Virus record (IMG/VR): IMGVR_UViG_3300012017_000779
Span: 1 to 64,000 of that record
From: a virus
Direction: 5' to 3' (one strand)
Length of the DNA: 64,000 bases
Positions 26,901 to 35,300 of this stretch are shown here, in pieces. Under the pieces are notes generated by a model. That model searched no databases. It was not told the DNA's origin and saw nothing but the letters and a program-made list of their open reading frames with translations. Within the stretch, counting starts at the first letter, position 1, and the number at the start of each line of letters is the position of its first letter. Position numbers and translations under genes: made by a program.

Positions 26901-29386
26901 AAAAACAATTGTGAAAATATATGCCATGCTTCATGATACAAAGTAAGATTTTGGAATATATCTCCTTGTTTTCTATTTACTGCTATAGTTGCTAAACTTC
27001 CATCTGGATTAGCTATTTTACTTGCATTAACTATAAATGTTGCATAAACATCTGAATTAACTAAGTTAAACACTTGTTTAAAAGAAATTACTTTTCTTAA
27101 TGGTTCAAGTGCTTTACTATTCCACCAAGTATTGATATCTTCAAGTTGTTCTTGAGTTATTTTTTCTTTTTTAAATCCTTTTCTATCAAGACCTTTAAAT
27201 ATATCATCATTTATATCAATACCGGTATCAGTATCATTTGGATTAGCTGCTCCTGGAACAATAGTATTTTGAATAACATCTGTTTCTGATTTTATTTCTT
27301 TAACTTCTTTAGTCTCAACTTTTTCTTTAGGTAAAGCTAAAAATTGACTTCTAAAAAATTCTCTTTGTTTATTAGTAATAGCTGAAGGTTGTCCATTATA
27401 ACTTGACATGTCTGTCCACTCATTTATAATTTTTGTAAATTGTTCTTGAGTATCAAATTCTCCTTTATCAAGAGCTGTTTTAATAACATTAAACAATACA
27501 AAACTTAAATTTTCATTAAAAGAAAATCCTTGACTATTAGTAGTAAAACCATCTGCAATTTTTTTTCTAGCTTTTTCTAAAAAATAATCATAAGATAATT
27601 CAGATTCAACTTCATCAGATTCTATACTTTCTTTTATATTATCAAAAGATACATCTTCTGCTGAAAAATTTACTACAAAATTAAAAACATCATTAGATAT
27701 GTTTTTAAAATCTATATTAGGATTTAAACTAATAATTAAATCTAAATAATCAGCTTGAACAATTTCTTTTGTTTCTGTATTATAATCATTATAAACATGA
27801 TTTCCTTTAATAAATTCATTATTATAAAAAAGATATGGAGGATTATTAAAGAAAATATTTTTAATTTTAGTTTCATAATCTTCAATACTATCATCAGATA
27901 TATTAGATACATTTAATTCTTCAATAATTTCTTTAGAATCTTTGTCAATTATTTTAAATATTAAATTAGAACCTTCTTCTTTAATTAAAAAGTTTCTATT
28001 ACCTTTAGAATCTAAGAATAAAAACTGCTTTACAAAATTTAATTTTACTTTATTTTTTAAATTTTTATTAGTTAAAACTTTAGCAATTTTTATTGCAAGT
28101 TGATCTGACATTTTCATTCTGTCAATTTCAACTTTTTCATTTTTAAAAGATATAGTTGCTTTTTTAGATGAAGCATCAATAGTTTTTAAACTCTCTTTAT
28201 TAAACAGTGTACTATCTATTAATTCTTTTAACTTATATGTATCACTAATTTTATTTTCTGTAATACCAGTTGATATATTTGTTATTGGTAATAATAAGTC
28301 TTCTGTATTTTTTTTATTTTTAATTTTATTTTGTAGAGCTAACAGTTGTTCTGATTCTTTTTTTAAAGTCTCTTTAATTTCTTTAAGAAATAAAGCCTGG
28401 TCTTCAGCTGTAGAACCATTTATTTCTGGATCATAAGTATTTTTGTATATAGTTTCTGCAGATTGTATAGTTATAGCTTTACCATAAAAATCTTTTACAA
28501 CTATTTTATTATTTTCAACAGAAGCATTTCTCATAAACTGATAAACAATTTTACCAGTTTCAGCTAAATTACCATCTTTGTCAAAATATAAAAACTTACC
28601 GTTTGTATCAGTGATTACTAAGATTATTTTTTCATCTGCCTGAATTACATTTTTTTGATTTTTTCCTTGTGATGATAAATGTCTAGAATCTTTAACTTCA
28701 GTTATAGTAGTTGGATCAAGTAAACTTTCATTCTTAGTAAAAAAATCATTTAAAATAAATGGTTTAAACATTAATTTTTTACCCTGATACATAACAGTAT
28801 ATACATCCTCTTCCATATTTTGAGAAGCTGATATGTTTTCAAGTGCTTTTACTATATGTGCTCTACCGGGATCATCTTCTTCTATGATTAACTTCTTATT
28901 AGGATCTTTAGATTTTAATGTTTGTAATGTTCCACTCAATGGAGAAGCAGTTAATAATCTTTTTGATTTACTAAAAGGTTTTGGTGGTTCATTTTCATCA
29001 TCTTCTTCTTCTTCAATTTCATTTGATTTTATTCTATCTATAATATCTTTTAAGTTTATTTTTTTATCTGATAAAGTATCAATTATTATATTGATTGCAT
29101 TATCTGACATATACTGCACATTTAATTTTCTTAAAGATGTTAAATCAACATCAATATTCATAAAAGATAAATTTGTATTTGCTACATCAATAATTAATCT
29201 TGGTACAGACTGTAAATATTTAGCTGCTACTTCAGGTGACGTAGCTTCAGCAAACTTTTTATATAAACTTTTTAAATAATTTTCATACTTAAAAACACCT
29301 TCTTTAGAAGATATTTTAAATTGAGCTGTTATGTGTGAATATAATAAACTAACAATTTCAGGATTATTAATTGAACAAGTAATCAT
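17921..29386 (-). CDS. Virion RNA polymerase (crAss-type single chain) with zincin, SLOG/DprA-like and DUF4326-like domains
   Basis: 3821 aa; RIP...GSDYDGD catalytic motif (22358-22372); HEAWH...EEMLAEDF zincin; YAGIGSR...SGGAAGAD...GGTGQA SLOG motif. Confidence 0.88.
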   Translation of the reverse strand: MITCSINNPEIVSLLYSHITAQFKISSKEGVFKYENYLKSLYKKFAEATSPEVAAKYLQSVPRLIIDVANTNLSFMNIDVDLTSLRKLNVQYMSDNAINIIIDTLSDKKINLKDIIDRIKSNEIEEEEDDENEPPKPFSKSKRLLTASPLSGTLQTLKSKDPNKKLIIEEDDPGRAHIVKALENISASQNMEEDVYTVMYQGKKLMFKPFILNDFFTKNESLLDPTTITEVKDSRHLSSQGKNQKNVIQADEKIILVITDTNGKFLYFDKDGNLAETGKIVYQFMRNASVENNKIVVKDFYGKAITIQSAETIYKNTYDPEINGSTAEDQALFLKEIKETLKKESEQLLALQNKIKNKKNTEDLLLPITNISTGITENKISDTYKLKELIDSTLFNKESLKTIDASSKKATISFKNEKVEIDRMKMSDQLAIKIAKVLTNKNLKNKVKLNFVKQFLFLDSKGNRNFLIKEEGSNLIFKIIDKDSKEIIEELNVSNISDDSIEDYETKIKNIFFNNPPYLFYNNEFIKGNHVYNDYNTETKEIVQADYLDLIISLNPNIDFKNISNDVFNFVVNFSAEDVSFDNIKESIESDEVESELSYDYFLEKARKKIADGFTTNSQGFSFNENLSFVLFNVIKTALDKGEFDTQEQFTKIINEWTDMSSYNGQPSAITNKQREFFRSQFLALPKEKVETKEVKEIKSETDVIQNTIVPGAANPNDTDTGIDINDDIFKGLDRKGFKKEKITQEQLEDINTWWNSKALEPLRKVISFKQVFNLVNSDVYATFIVNASKIANPDGSLATIAVNRKQGDIFQNLTLYHEAWHIFSQLFLTPQDKIKLYTELRNYTDSKGNKPNINKSYLELEEMLAEDFRNYAKNQKPSPETPVKNTLFRKMLNFLKALFGKLNVFSKKDILVDSMNSPMAKDLFNKLYIGEINSYKPLIENAILYELDRGIRKVNNPSIDILSNQDSLEVTMTIDNIWAELLSDIYNKRKAAGKQNLKAANVLFLKGIEQKEYLYRETKKILEDKLKKEQEKFNKIEGVTENYTELITDSISETVLSPEQSVILDNIRILQTTLDNWGSKGSGVIKYHSENSDFKTSKKVYDIAVDAKEETEQEEGVDELTIDAVPGKISLQDMLSKETIYVIKSLFKVVRNKNGDISTPVDRFGFKERADFSDIFNMLYAIIGNISDRDEAYKKLEKEYKKYPELKQFFEEKYPEPNTTNTFEYDLSVSFFNDFGKPNVKYVQLVASRDETVNFQVIELSMETSSIIEKWISEFNSLSIYNEFIDVVANVPNLNLDKVVSEFKQTKENELDINKQLEFANAIGIGLANNNNIKDELKNNSTPYGLKYIFRILNAFNNVDKLPQKTALQKKYIKDFKENPIKILKEEIPKNILPEIDKVNVIKQNTQIKNLAKLQSQYGFDSSTNAVIRADGNVAYETMNASSVTNNLYAINSVSKQDELWNGKNPILNHMNFLDPKINAFTKNLVMFQSLFGIDKVKIKGKNLNLIVIDGTSEMDGSGTITTKLDPFSKFIQDINMMLLNGKAELGRTADKKMSFGLTVKGGLLKPTLADGTKGTDDNIFVDPIMFTFQENTGETYAIEGYLLKYIESEFDRIKKFKGPDRDELLKISGFNQVVKKVKGKDVYAGEVFSAFDNLLSDKTKNELYKLAVKEDTISTLLELLKQKDNADLKNNIQNEIKKYFNDKVSELKKYYYNPIKEKNIFSKGIYKKLGMEVNNQADLNMLNENEELSDVLLKAFLYNDWIYKFETSTLLFGDIAQWDHSKEDWTKRIPGGTSDGIRFLFDEGTINFINNTFNKPTETNATYASELNKSLSKDNIDYNKYVFSEVINTGVIKDATRESIYIDDLVEAWREDYLKTFSEAETEERIKEDREAYEKIVESDGMAFMTIDAYRILHKVSGRGWSMEQESLYQKIVKGETIDPNTVKQFFPIYKLHLFGAIKNKYLPAIAMHKFAVSPLIPGVNAKEGSELYKLHLKMLKDNVQYVTFKSGSKGSELTSNKETDDIFEDKTENTGISDDFTFTINPVYLANLKEVTVINDTFKGSLPIATQTRVILTDTLYDNGELINPKNKKTLDSYSKIVNDYSALLKLKLLNEIGFTEKDGKYVSNGDFSKFIKIIRDNLDERDVPDHLIRLLNATKKGNAASMDFSIHPEAQTIEKLIMSIVQSRLIKQTINGEPLTQAASTFTNGLWNTQYKTITKVSEIKKVLGTNTLPSYIRNKNGRTGLMKVAIALQGDFINLLNGNDLQGNKIGTITRLNELIKDDAWLEKNRLSISLYGPRIPNDALSTIEGAEVWHFLDESYGNAIIVPTEIVAKSGSDYDGDKLFMSMPNIDIEGNYINTPIKNFNKILKETKDKEFTGTLELGALTSNKLIKQQEKYLQNQYIKISLDILTLPENFAILTKPNLTYLVEKYSKSLENNIVNEYNRLDNVSHTDSKVGEKNKSADGKKEIISPSRNYDYIYNLYKFAANLSLEPSLGIQAKNTKNHVLFKMLGAKMPKSYKNSVFNKNLREFEDGLIDIPFIIRFKHNIIKSKNGDEVISISGNKSQKGNRITDLNSHMLNGILDRAKNSFPFVLQLTPEGIGVISYLMQAGVDEEEVFYFVTQPLIREYFFKQRLENSSLNPLISTDAQFEKSNKYNIASEISNKILNTLAPDELQRVINSVTLLKLRTTIKSLEKIYPADDEYLIKDNKKQSFYYTLNELIKGLNNKKINPLNIISIKSNNNEVVYDIVKSLENKILDNKTKTYDFSNNYVYLSEVLSKELFKDDINISDLKESMNNDASLKSLALFLNFIELEKQYEGLETLQMIYAPDTSKLTTLQQVIKRIELFDKLKRNSKIDQEFLTALMKDSLLSSFNQDALMIDLIKPLFKLRLDKNISSFISEKLLKERARITRKFGKGVKGEEYFTSSYNNAVVDYIYQNYMSNFTDPVNGKHITIPKALSSKNVIIDNTIQQDVIVGKNIIVNEEKLKSDFDNKIFLNDDALDVFEKNKNPFQTFSSYVRYVMEREVLRDSLIDTEVTEEYLSEVALLKSFNSPYIMGKTKYSYSESIMNIINNFDDTKVNFPVLNHIVLKSNKRNINKVLSLNNKSLLTKEISSIYNKNLKDLADPTINKDKKSLEFFKPFSLILFYQHGFGNSKLSINRVLDAKKFTDEMIDASTFFINDLESKDFSFVTLNNIFSKVIDVKNRQFIEYTENADQYNNPVKKDIDDGIEIEFDLENEENIIKTKIISDDDIAAYNTYLEKSNGVKPKEFFTPSTFFKEFYNSQTGKNEKAPHSTSWILQKNNLYNLVDKDGGEIVIENVDLKTGYKITTGQPTQPPVSGDRPVFDSLPSKSTTPTMTYAGIGSRETPQEVLDVMPEVAKYLESLGYTLRSGGAAGADAAFEKGVTSLKEIFIGSVKTGEKELKIAEEIHPAWNVMLDSTRKKAITKGNDPERSAAFVANLMARNTNQIFGKNLDTPVDFVIFYAKETADPLRPKGGTGQAVEMARRKGIPTINMADTNWRAQLKTALATQSSTSVNSNDIYSQLENKNVVISNIKTKDGKYDRDANIKEAKANNRVYTMEVVSDVNSFSNPWASFNRTGTIKTNTTKEAVINYIDWLTTDKFKDVKPKRKAFILDVLKSGKLKGRQLQYYAELGEPSHATALDYLINKYDWSQPSTSAPIKKELEGLNEAREVYESLFIATGKPPITFTVGVSTWKLNKNFNYDLIDQDTGEVQLKNVNMVTGIMEEDIVESIPLTAKQKNDFIKDFEQKVIAYNLDELLSLFNINIQDVYKKINNATTKEDLIEIETEINNKLCQ
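18340..19377 (-). repeat. In-frame linker repeat (TQPSTS-like) separating accessory domains in vRNAP
   Basis: + strand CACTAGTAGATGGTTGAG (18340-18357), CACTAGTAGATGATTGAG (18769-18786), partial TGGTTGAGTAG (19367-19377). Confidence 0.7.
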
Positions 29387-32300
29387 TATTGACAGTTTTT
29401 AATTTTGGTTAATAAATCATCTTCAATTTTTGTAATATTATCTTTTAATCCTATTTCAGTTGCTTTATTTTTATCTTCAGTAGAATTTATAAAAGTATCA
29501 GTAGTATTTTGTACTTCTTTTAAAATAGTTTTTTCAGACTCATTTGCTTCATAAGTACTTTCTTCAGATTTTAAATTTTCAATATCTTCAGAAGTTAAAT
29601 AAAGGTCTTTATTTAATAAATCTTTTGTATTAACAATTGATTCTTTAGAATTTTTTCTATTTCCTTTTATAGTAATTTTATCTCCATCAACTTTCATAAC
29701 TGTAACTTGTGTATAATCTTTATTATTTTTAAAATATCTTGAATTAACTTCTATAGGACTAACAAATTCTTCTTTAACTTCACCATATAAAGATAGTAAA
29801 TTATCTTTTAAATTAGTTAACTTTTCAATACTTCCTAGAATATTCTTTTTTTGAAAATCAATTTTTGCATATTGTAGTTTATTTGTTAATTTTAAAATTT
29901 CATTAGTTAATAAAGAATTATAATTTGTCTTATTTAAATTGCCAAGTACATTAACTGTATCTTGTAAATTCATATGAAAAGAAGATTGACCCATATAAGA
30001 AAATAATGTTTTTTGATATACTTTAAATTCTTGTGCATTAGAAGTATCATTTGCAATTAAATATTCAATTCTTATTACAGCATTATGAATAAGTTCAGAA
30101 ACTTCTGCCATATTTAAATCTTGAGATTCTATTGATTGATATTCTACATCAGTAATAATTTTAGTAGCATTTAAAATTTTAGCTGCCATTAATTGATTTT
30201 CATGAGGAGGTTTTGTACTATCTTCAAATGATTTATGTTTATCATAATAATTTTTAAACTTATTATCTCCATCTTCAGATACTTTAAGTCTGTCAGCAAT
30301 AAAAGCATTACTAATTGCTATATTTGAAATATCAGGTATAGTAATTGATTTTAATATATTTTCTAACTTATCTAAAGATATTTGACTATTTTCTAAATCT
30401 TTTTTATAACTGTTAATAATAACTGCATTCTTATTTTTTAAAAGTTGTACTTCTTGTGATGTTTGTTTTATATCAGGACTTTCAAAAGAAAAAGATTGAG
30501 CTCCTTCATCATCTTTAGGTGCTAATAAATCATCTATTTCTTCCGCAACACTTTCTAATGAAAGAGGAATAAATACATCATTAATTGCATTATTAGGACC
30601 TGTTTTAAATATTTTTTCTTCAAAGTCTTTATCACCTTTAGGATCTTTAAACTTATTTTTCTTTACTTTACCATCATCATCAAATTCATAAATTACTTCT
30701 TTTGCTAAACCTGCTGCTAATGGTTTTTTAGCAGAAATAATTTGATCTGTTTCTTTATCAGATTCTCTTTCTATTGGCAATAATCCTATTTCTGTTTCAA
30801 CACCAGTTTGTCTTTTTAATAACTCTCTATACACTGCTTGTTGTAAAGTATATTCATTTCTTTTTGAATATTTTTTATTATCAAAACTATTTGTTAGTGA
30901 ATTAAAATTTGTCCATTTACTTTTAGAACCTGTTTTGATATCTATAATAAATGCATTACCTTTTTTATCAACTACAATTAAATCTATTTCTCCAGCAATT
31001 CTATCTTTTTTACCTTCTTCAGTAACAATATTAGAATCCCAAACAACTAAATTATTACCTACAATATAGTAACCTTCATCTTTAAATTTCTTACCTAGTT
31101 GAACTATATATCCAGTATCATCATTAAATAATTCTTCATATGCTTTTTTAGAAATTATTTTTTCATCAAACTCAGGTTTTTTTCCATATTGAAAATAATC
31201 TTTAATTAAATCTACATAGTTACCGGCAACTCTTCCATCTTCATAAGATTTTTCTGATATTAAATTTAATACTTTGTCAAAAAGTTCTTCATTGTTTATA
31301 TCAGTTTCAACAGTTGTATCTAAAGCAGCTAGTTCTGTATTATTAATTGTAAATATTGCAAATCTACCATCTTCTTTTACTTTTGTTAATAATCCTTTAT
31401 CAACAGCTTTATTATGCATTTTAATAGCACCTTCACCAGCAGATTCAGTTTTTAATGTTTTAACACCTTTTGCTTTTAAGTATCTTATTAAAGTTTCAAA
31501 CATTTTTGAACCTTGCCCTTTACCAACTTCATTAGCAGATATACCATCTATTCTAAATTCTGTAGGTGAAATCATTACTCCACTAATAAGACCATCTTTA
31601 GTTTTAAATTGATATAAATCCCCATTAATTACAATATTATTAATAGTTCCAATTTCAATTTTTGAAATTTCTGGAGTTCCTAAATATTCTATATCAGCTT
31701 TAGTATCTGTAGTACCTAAAGCAGTTAGTTTTGCAGTTAAAGTTTTTAAGTCTGCATTTAAAGTTTTAACTCTATCTTTATTTTTTGCTTTTTTAGATAA
31801 TGCAATATCTTCTTTTAAAGATTTAATTTGGTTATTTAAAGATTCAATTTTATTATTTACTACATTAGATGTTATAAAAGATTTTATATCTTTAGATAAC
31901 TCAGTAAATAATTTATCATTAATACCTGATGCACCACCATCTTTTAAAAGTTTAATAAAGGCATCTACAGAAGCTTCATTAAGACCATTTTTTCTAATAG
32001 TATCATCATATGATTTTTCTACTAGTTTATAACTACTATATTCATATTTTTCTAAATAAGCTTGTATAGCATTAGTAACACGTCTGTGTACTAAGTTATC
32101 TATTAAATAGGCTTTATCTCCTTTTTTAAGACCTGTTACCGGGTCATCTTCAGTTAGTACATAATCTTTTTGAACTGATTTATTTAATGCTATAAGTTTT
32201 TCTATTTCTTTAATTACCTTTTTTTGAGGAGTTGTTCTTTCCTGTAAACTTCTAGACTTATTAACTTTAAGTAATTTTTTTGTTTCTTCACTTAAAGTTT

Positions 32301-35300
32301 CAATTTCTAATTTTTTAATATTATAATTAGGATCATCTTCTTTAAGTTTAGATAATTCTTCTCTTAATTTATTTAATTCTTTACTTTTTTCATTAACAAC
32401 AGCTATTATTTGATTAGTACTTAAATCATTAGTGTTAACAGTTTTATCATTATTTTGAAAAGTAAATTCTGATATTAATTCAATATCTTTATTAAATTCA
32501 TCAATGATAGTTTTTGCAGAAGCATCAGTATTAACCCAATCTTGAAATGCTTTTGAAGAAGCATCAGGAGCATTTATTTTATCTTCAGTTGTTTTACTTG
32601 GTAATGTAGTTTGAAAATCTTTGTAAAGTTTATCTTTTAATCCATCAGACATAGCTTTAAAATCTGATTCACCTATAATATAAGGATCTTCAAATTCTAA
32701 ATCAGTTAAACTTTTAGAAGTTTCAAAGTTTTTAATAATATCTAATTTCTCTTTAGCATATCTATTTTCTATTTCAGTTACTTTTATTGGATCTGGAATT
32801 AATTCTTCAGAGTAAACTTTATTTTCAGTAAATCTAGTTTTGTCATTTAAATCATATACATCTCCTGTTTCATCATTATATCTTAATACTCCTTGATCAT
32901 CTTTGTATAATATTATTGTTGTTTCAGAATTTTTTGGAGTAAGTTCAATATAAGAATTATTATTTAATATTTCATCAACATTTTTAATACTGATTGATTT
33001 AGCATTTCCTTTTAATTCAATAGATTCTTCAGGAATTTGTGTAACTGTTTTTTCTAAAAGATCAAGTTCATTTTGTTTTTTTTCTTCTAATTTAACAAGT
33101 TCTTCAGTATAATCAGCTATTACATTACTTACTTCTGAAAATTTAGATTTTGCTTTTAGATCTCTATCTTTTGATAAATACTTATCATATATTTCATTAT
33201 ATTTTACAGTATCTATTTTATAAACTTCTCCGTCTATTGAATTAAAAAACTCAGAGGGTCTAGTTCTTAGTGTTTGCCAGTCAGAATAGTCATTAGCACT
33301 CATATAAAGGCCTTCATCAGCCATTGCATTTAATAAGGCATTACTTTCAATATTAGCAATTTCTTGTTTAACTAAATCTCTAAAATATTTTTTTCTATTT
33401 TTATATAATCTTTTAGACCATTCTGTATTTTTTCTAACTAATCCATAAAAATTTTCAGGATCACTAAGTAATTCTATATGAGATGCTAAATTTCTAGAGT
33501 CTTTATTTAATTTATAAAAGTCTACAAGTTGTACAAAAGCATCATCTAATTCTGTACTAAAAATATTAGTATCCTGAGCTTTTGCTAATGTACGTAAATA
33601 AGAGTCATGAGATTTTTTAAGATTACTTAATAGTTCAATCATTTTTTCTTCATCATCTTCTTTACCATATAACTTAGACATTTTTTCTTCAATATCTTCA
33701 GCAGTAATATCTTGTTCTGTATCTTGTTGAAGTTCTTCTTGAACTTCTTTAGTGTATTCTGATCTATTAGTAAATCTATTAAATGCATCATATGAAGTTT
33801 TAAACTCTTTTAAAGTTGAAATTTCTTCTTCTAAATCATTTATTTTAATTTTATCTGACTCTATAGTTGTAGAAGTTTTAGACTTAACTCCTTTTTTTAA
33901 CATATCTAATTCTAACTCAAAAGAATTAATACTATCAGCTAATAACTTAACTTGAAATAATGGTGAAATTTTTGAACTACTAACATTTTTTAAAGTACTA
34001 TTTTTTAAATAAGTTTGCTTAATACTACTAATTCTATTTGCAACATCTTTAAATGCTTCATTTGCATAAACAATATTTTTAACTGCAACATCCCAACCAT
34101 TTCTAAGAGCAGCAGCTTCTACATAATTAGGATCACTCCTATCAGGCATGTTGTCATTATTTATTGGATTTGGAAAATTTTCAGAAACAGTTTCATAAGC
34201 TTCTTTTATAGAATCAATTTTATTTATAGTCTTGTCTATTTTTAATCTATATCTTTCAGCATCTTTTAAATCATCAAACTTTAATTCTTCTTGTAATGCT
34301 TCATCAGAAACATCTCTTAATGATTTTAATTTATCTTGAAAAATTTCAGAAGAACCAGTTTTTATCATAGTAGAAACTTGGTTGATTAATGAATCTAACT
34401 CAGCATCTTTAGATTCTTTTGTATTTGCTTGTTCCTTTATTAAAGATAATGTATCTTGAGAACCTGCATTTACATATCTATTAGATAATAAATCATTTAT
34501 ATCAATCTTATTTAATTCATTTACCAAAGTATTTGTTACTGCTTCTTTTTGTTCTGTCCAAGCTTTATATCCTGCTTTATCAAAAATTCTTCCATAAGCA
34601 TTTTGTAACAATGAAAAAGTTTTGTTCATGCCTCCACCTAATGTTCCCATAAAAAAACCTGAAGCAAAAGTTTCAAATCCTTGTGCTGAAAACTCTTTAT
34701 TAAGTTCTTCATTGTAAATACTTAATGGTGTTCCTGAATTATTTTTTAGGTTAATACTATTAACAGCATTATTAAAAAGACTTGCTTTTAAATATGGACT
34801 ATTATAAGAATCAGTATACCATTTTTCATTAGCTCTTGCAATAATTTCTTGTGCATTTTCTTGAAATCCTTCAGAAAAATTAGATTTAAAATATTTAATA
34901 GAACCAAGTACTGATTTAGAAAGAGGTTGTTTCATCCAACTTTTTGCTAAATTTTTAAAACCTTGATATCCAACAGATGATTGATATAAAAATTGTTTAG
35001 CTGTTTTATCATATAATACTTTACCTATGGTACCAAAAGATTTATGTGAAACATTCATTATATCTTGAGTAGCATTTTTAAAGTAATTTTTTATACCACC
35101 TTTATTTAAAATGTTTCCAAAAGTTATTTTATTTGTTCCATATATTAATCCAGCATTTTTATAAAAAGTTTCTAAACCAGATTTTACAGAAACTTTAGTC
35201 ATATCCTCCTGTTCTTCATTAGTAGGGGCTCTTTTATTTCTTAAATAAAATTGATCATATTTATTATTATAAACTTTATCCTGAACCATTCCTGCTTCTA

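Noticed and set aside
11294-29386. Inteins in PolB or vRNAP, or protein trans-splicing through the terminal CQ
   Set aside because: No HINT-domain motifs or intein-sized insertions were recognised; CQ* is not an intein C-terminal junction.
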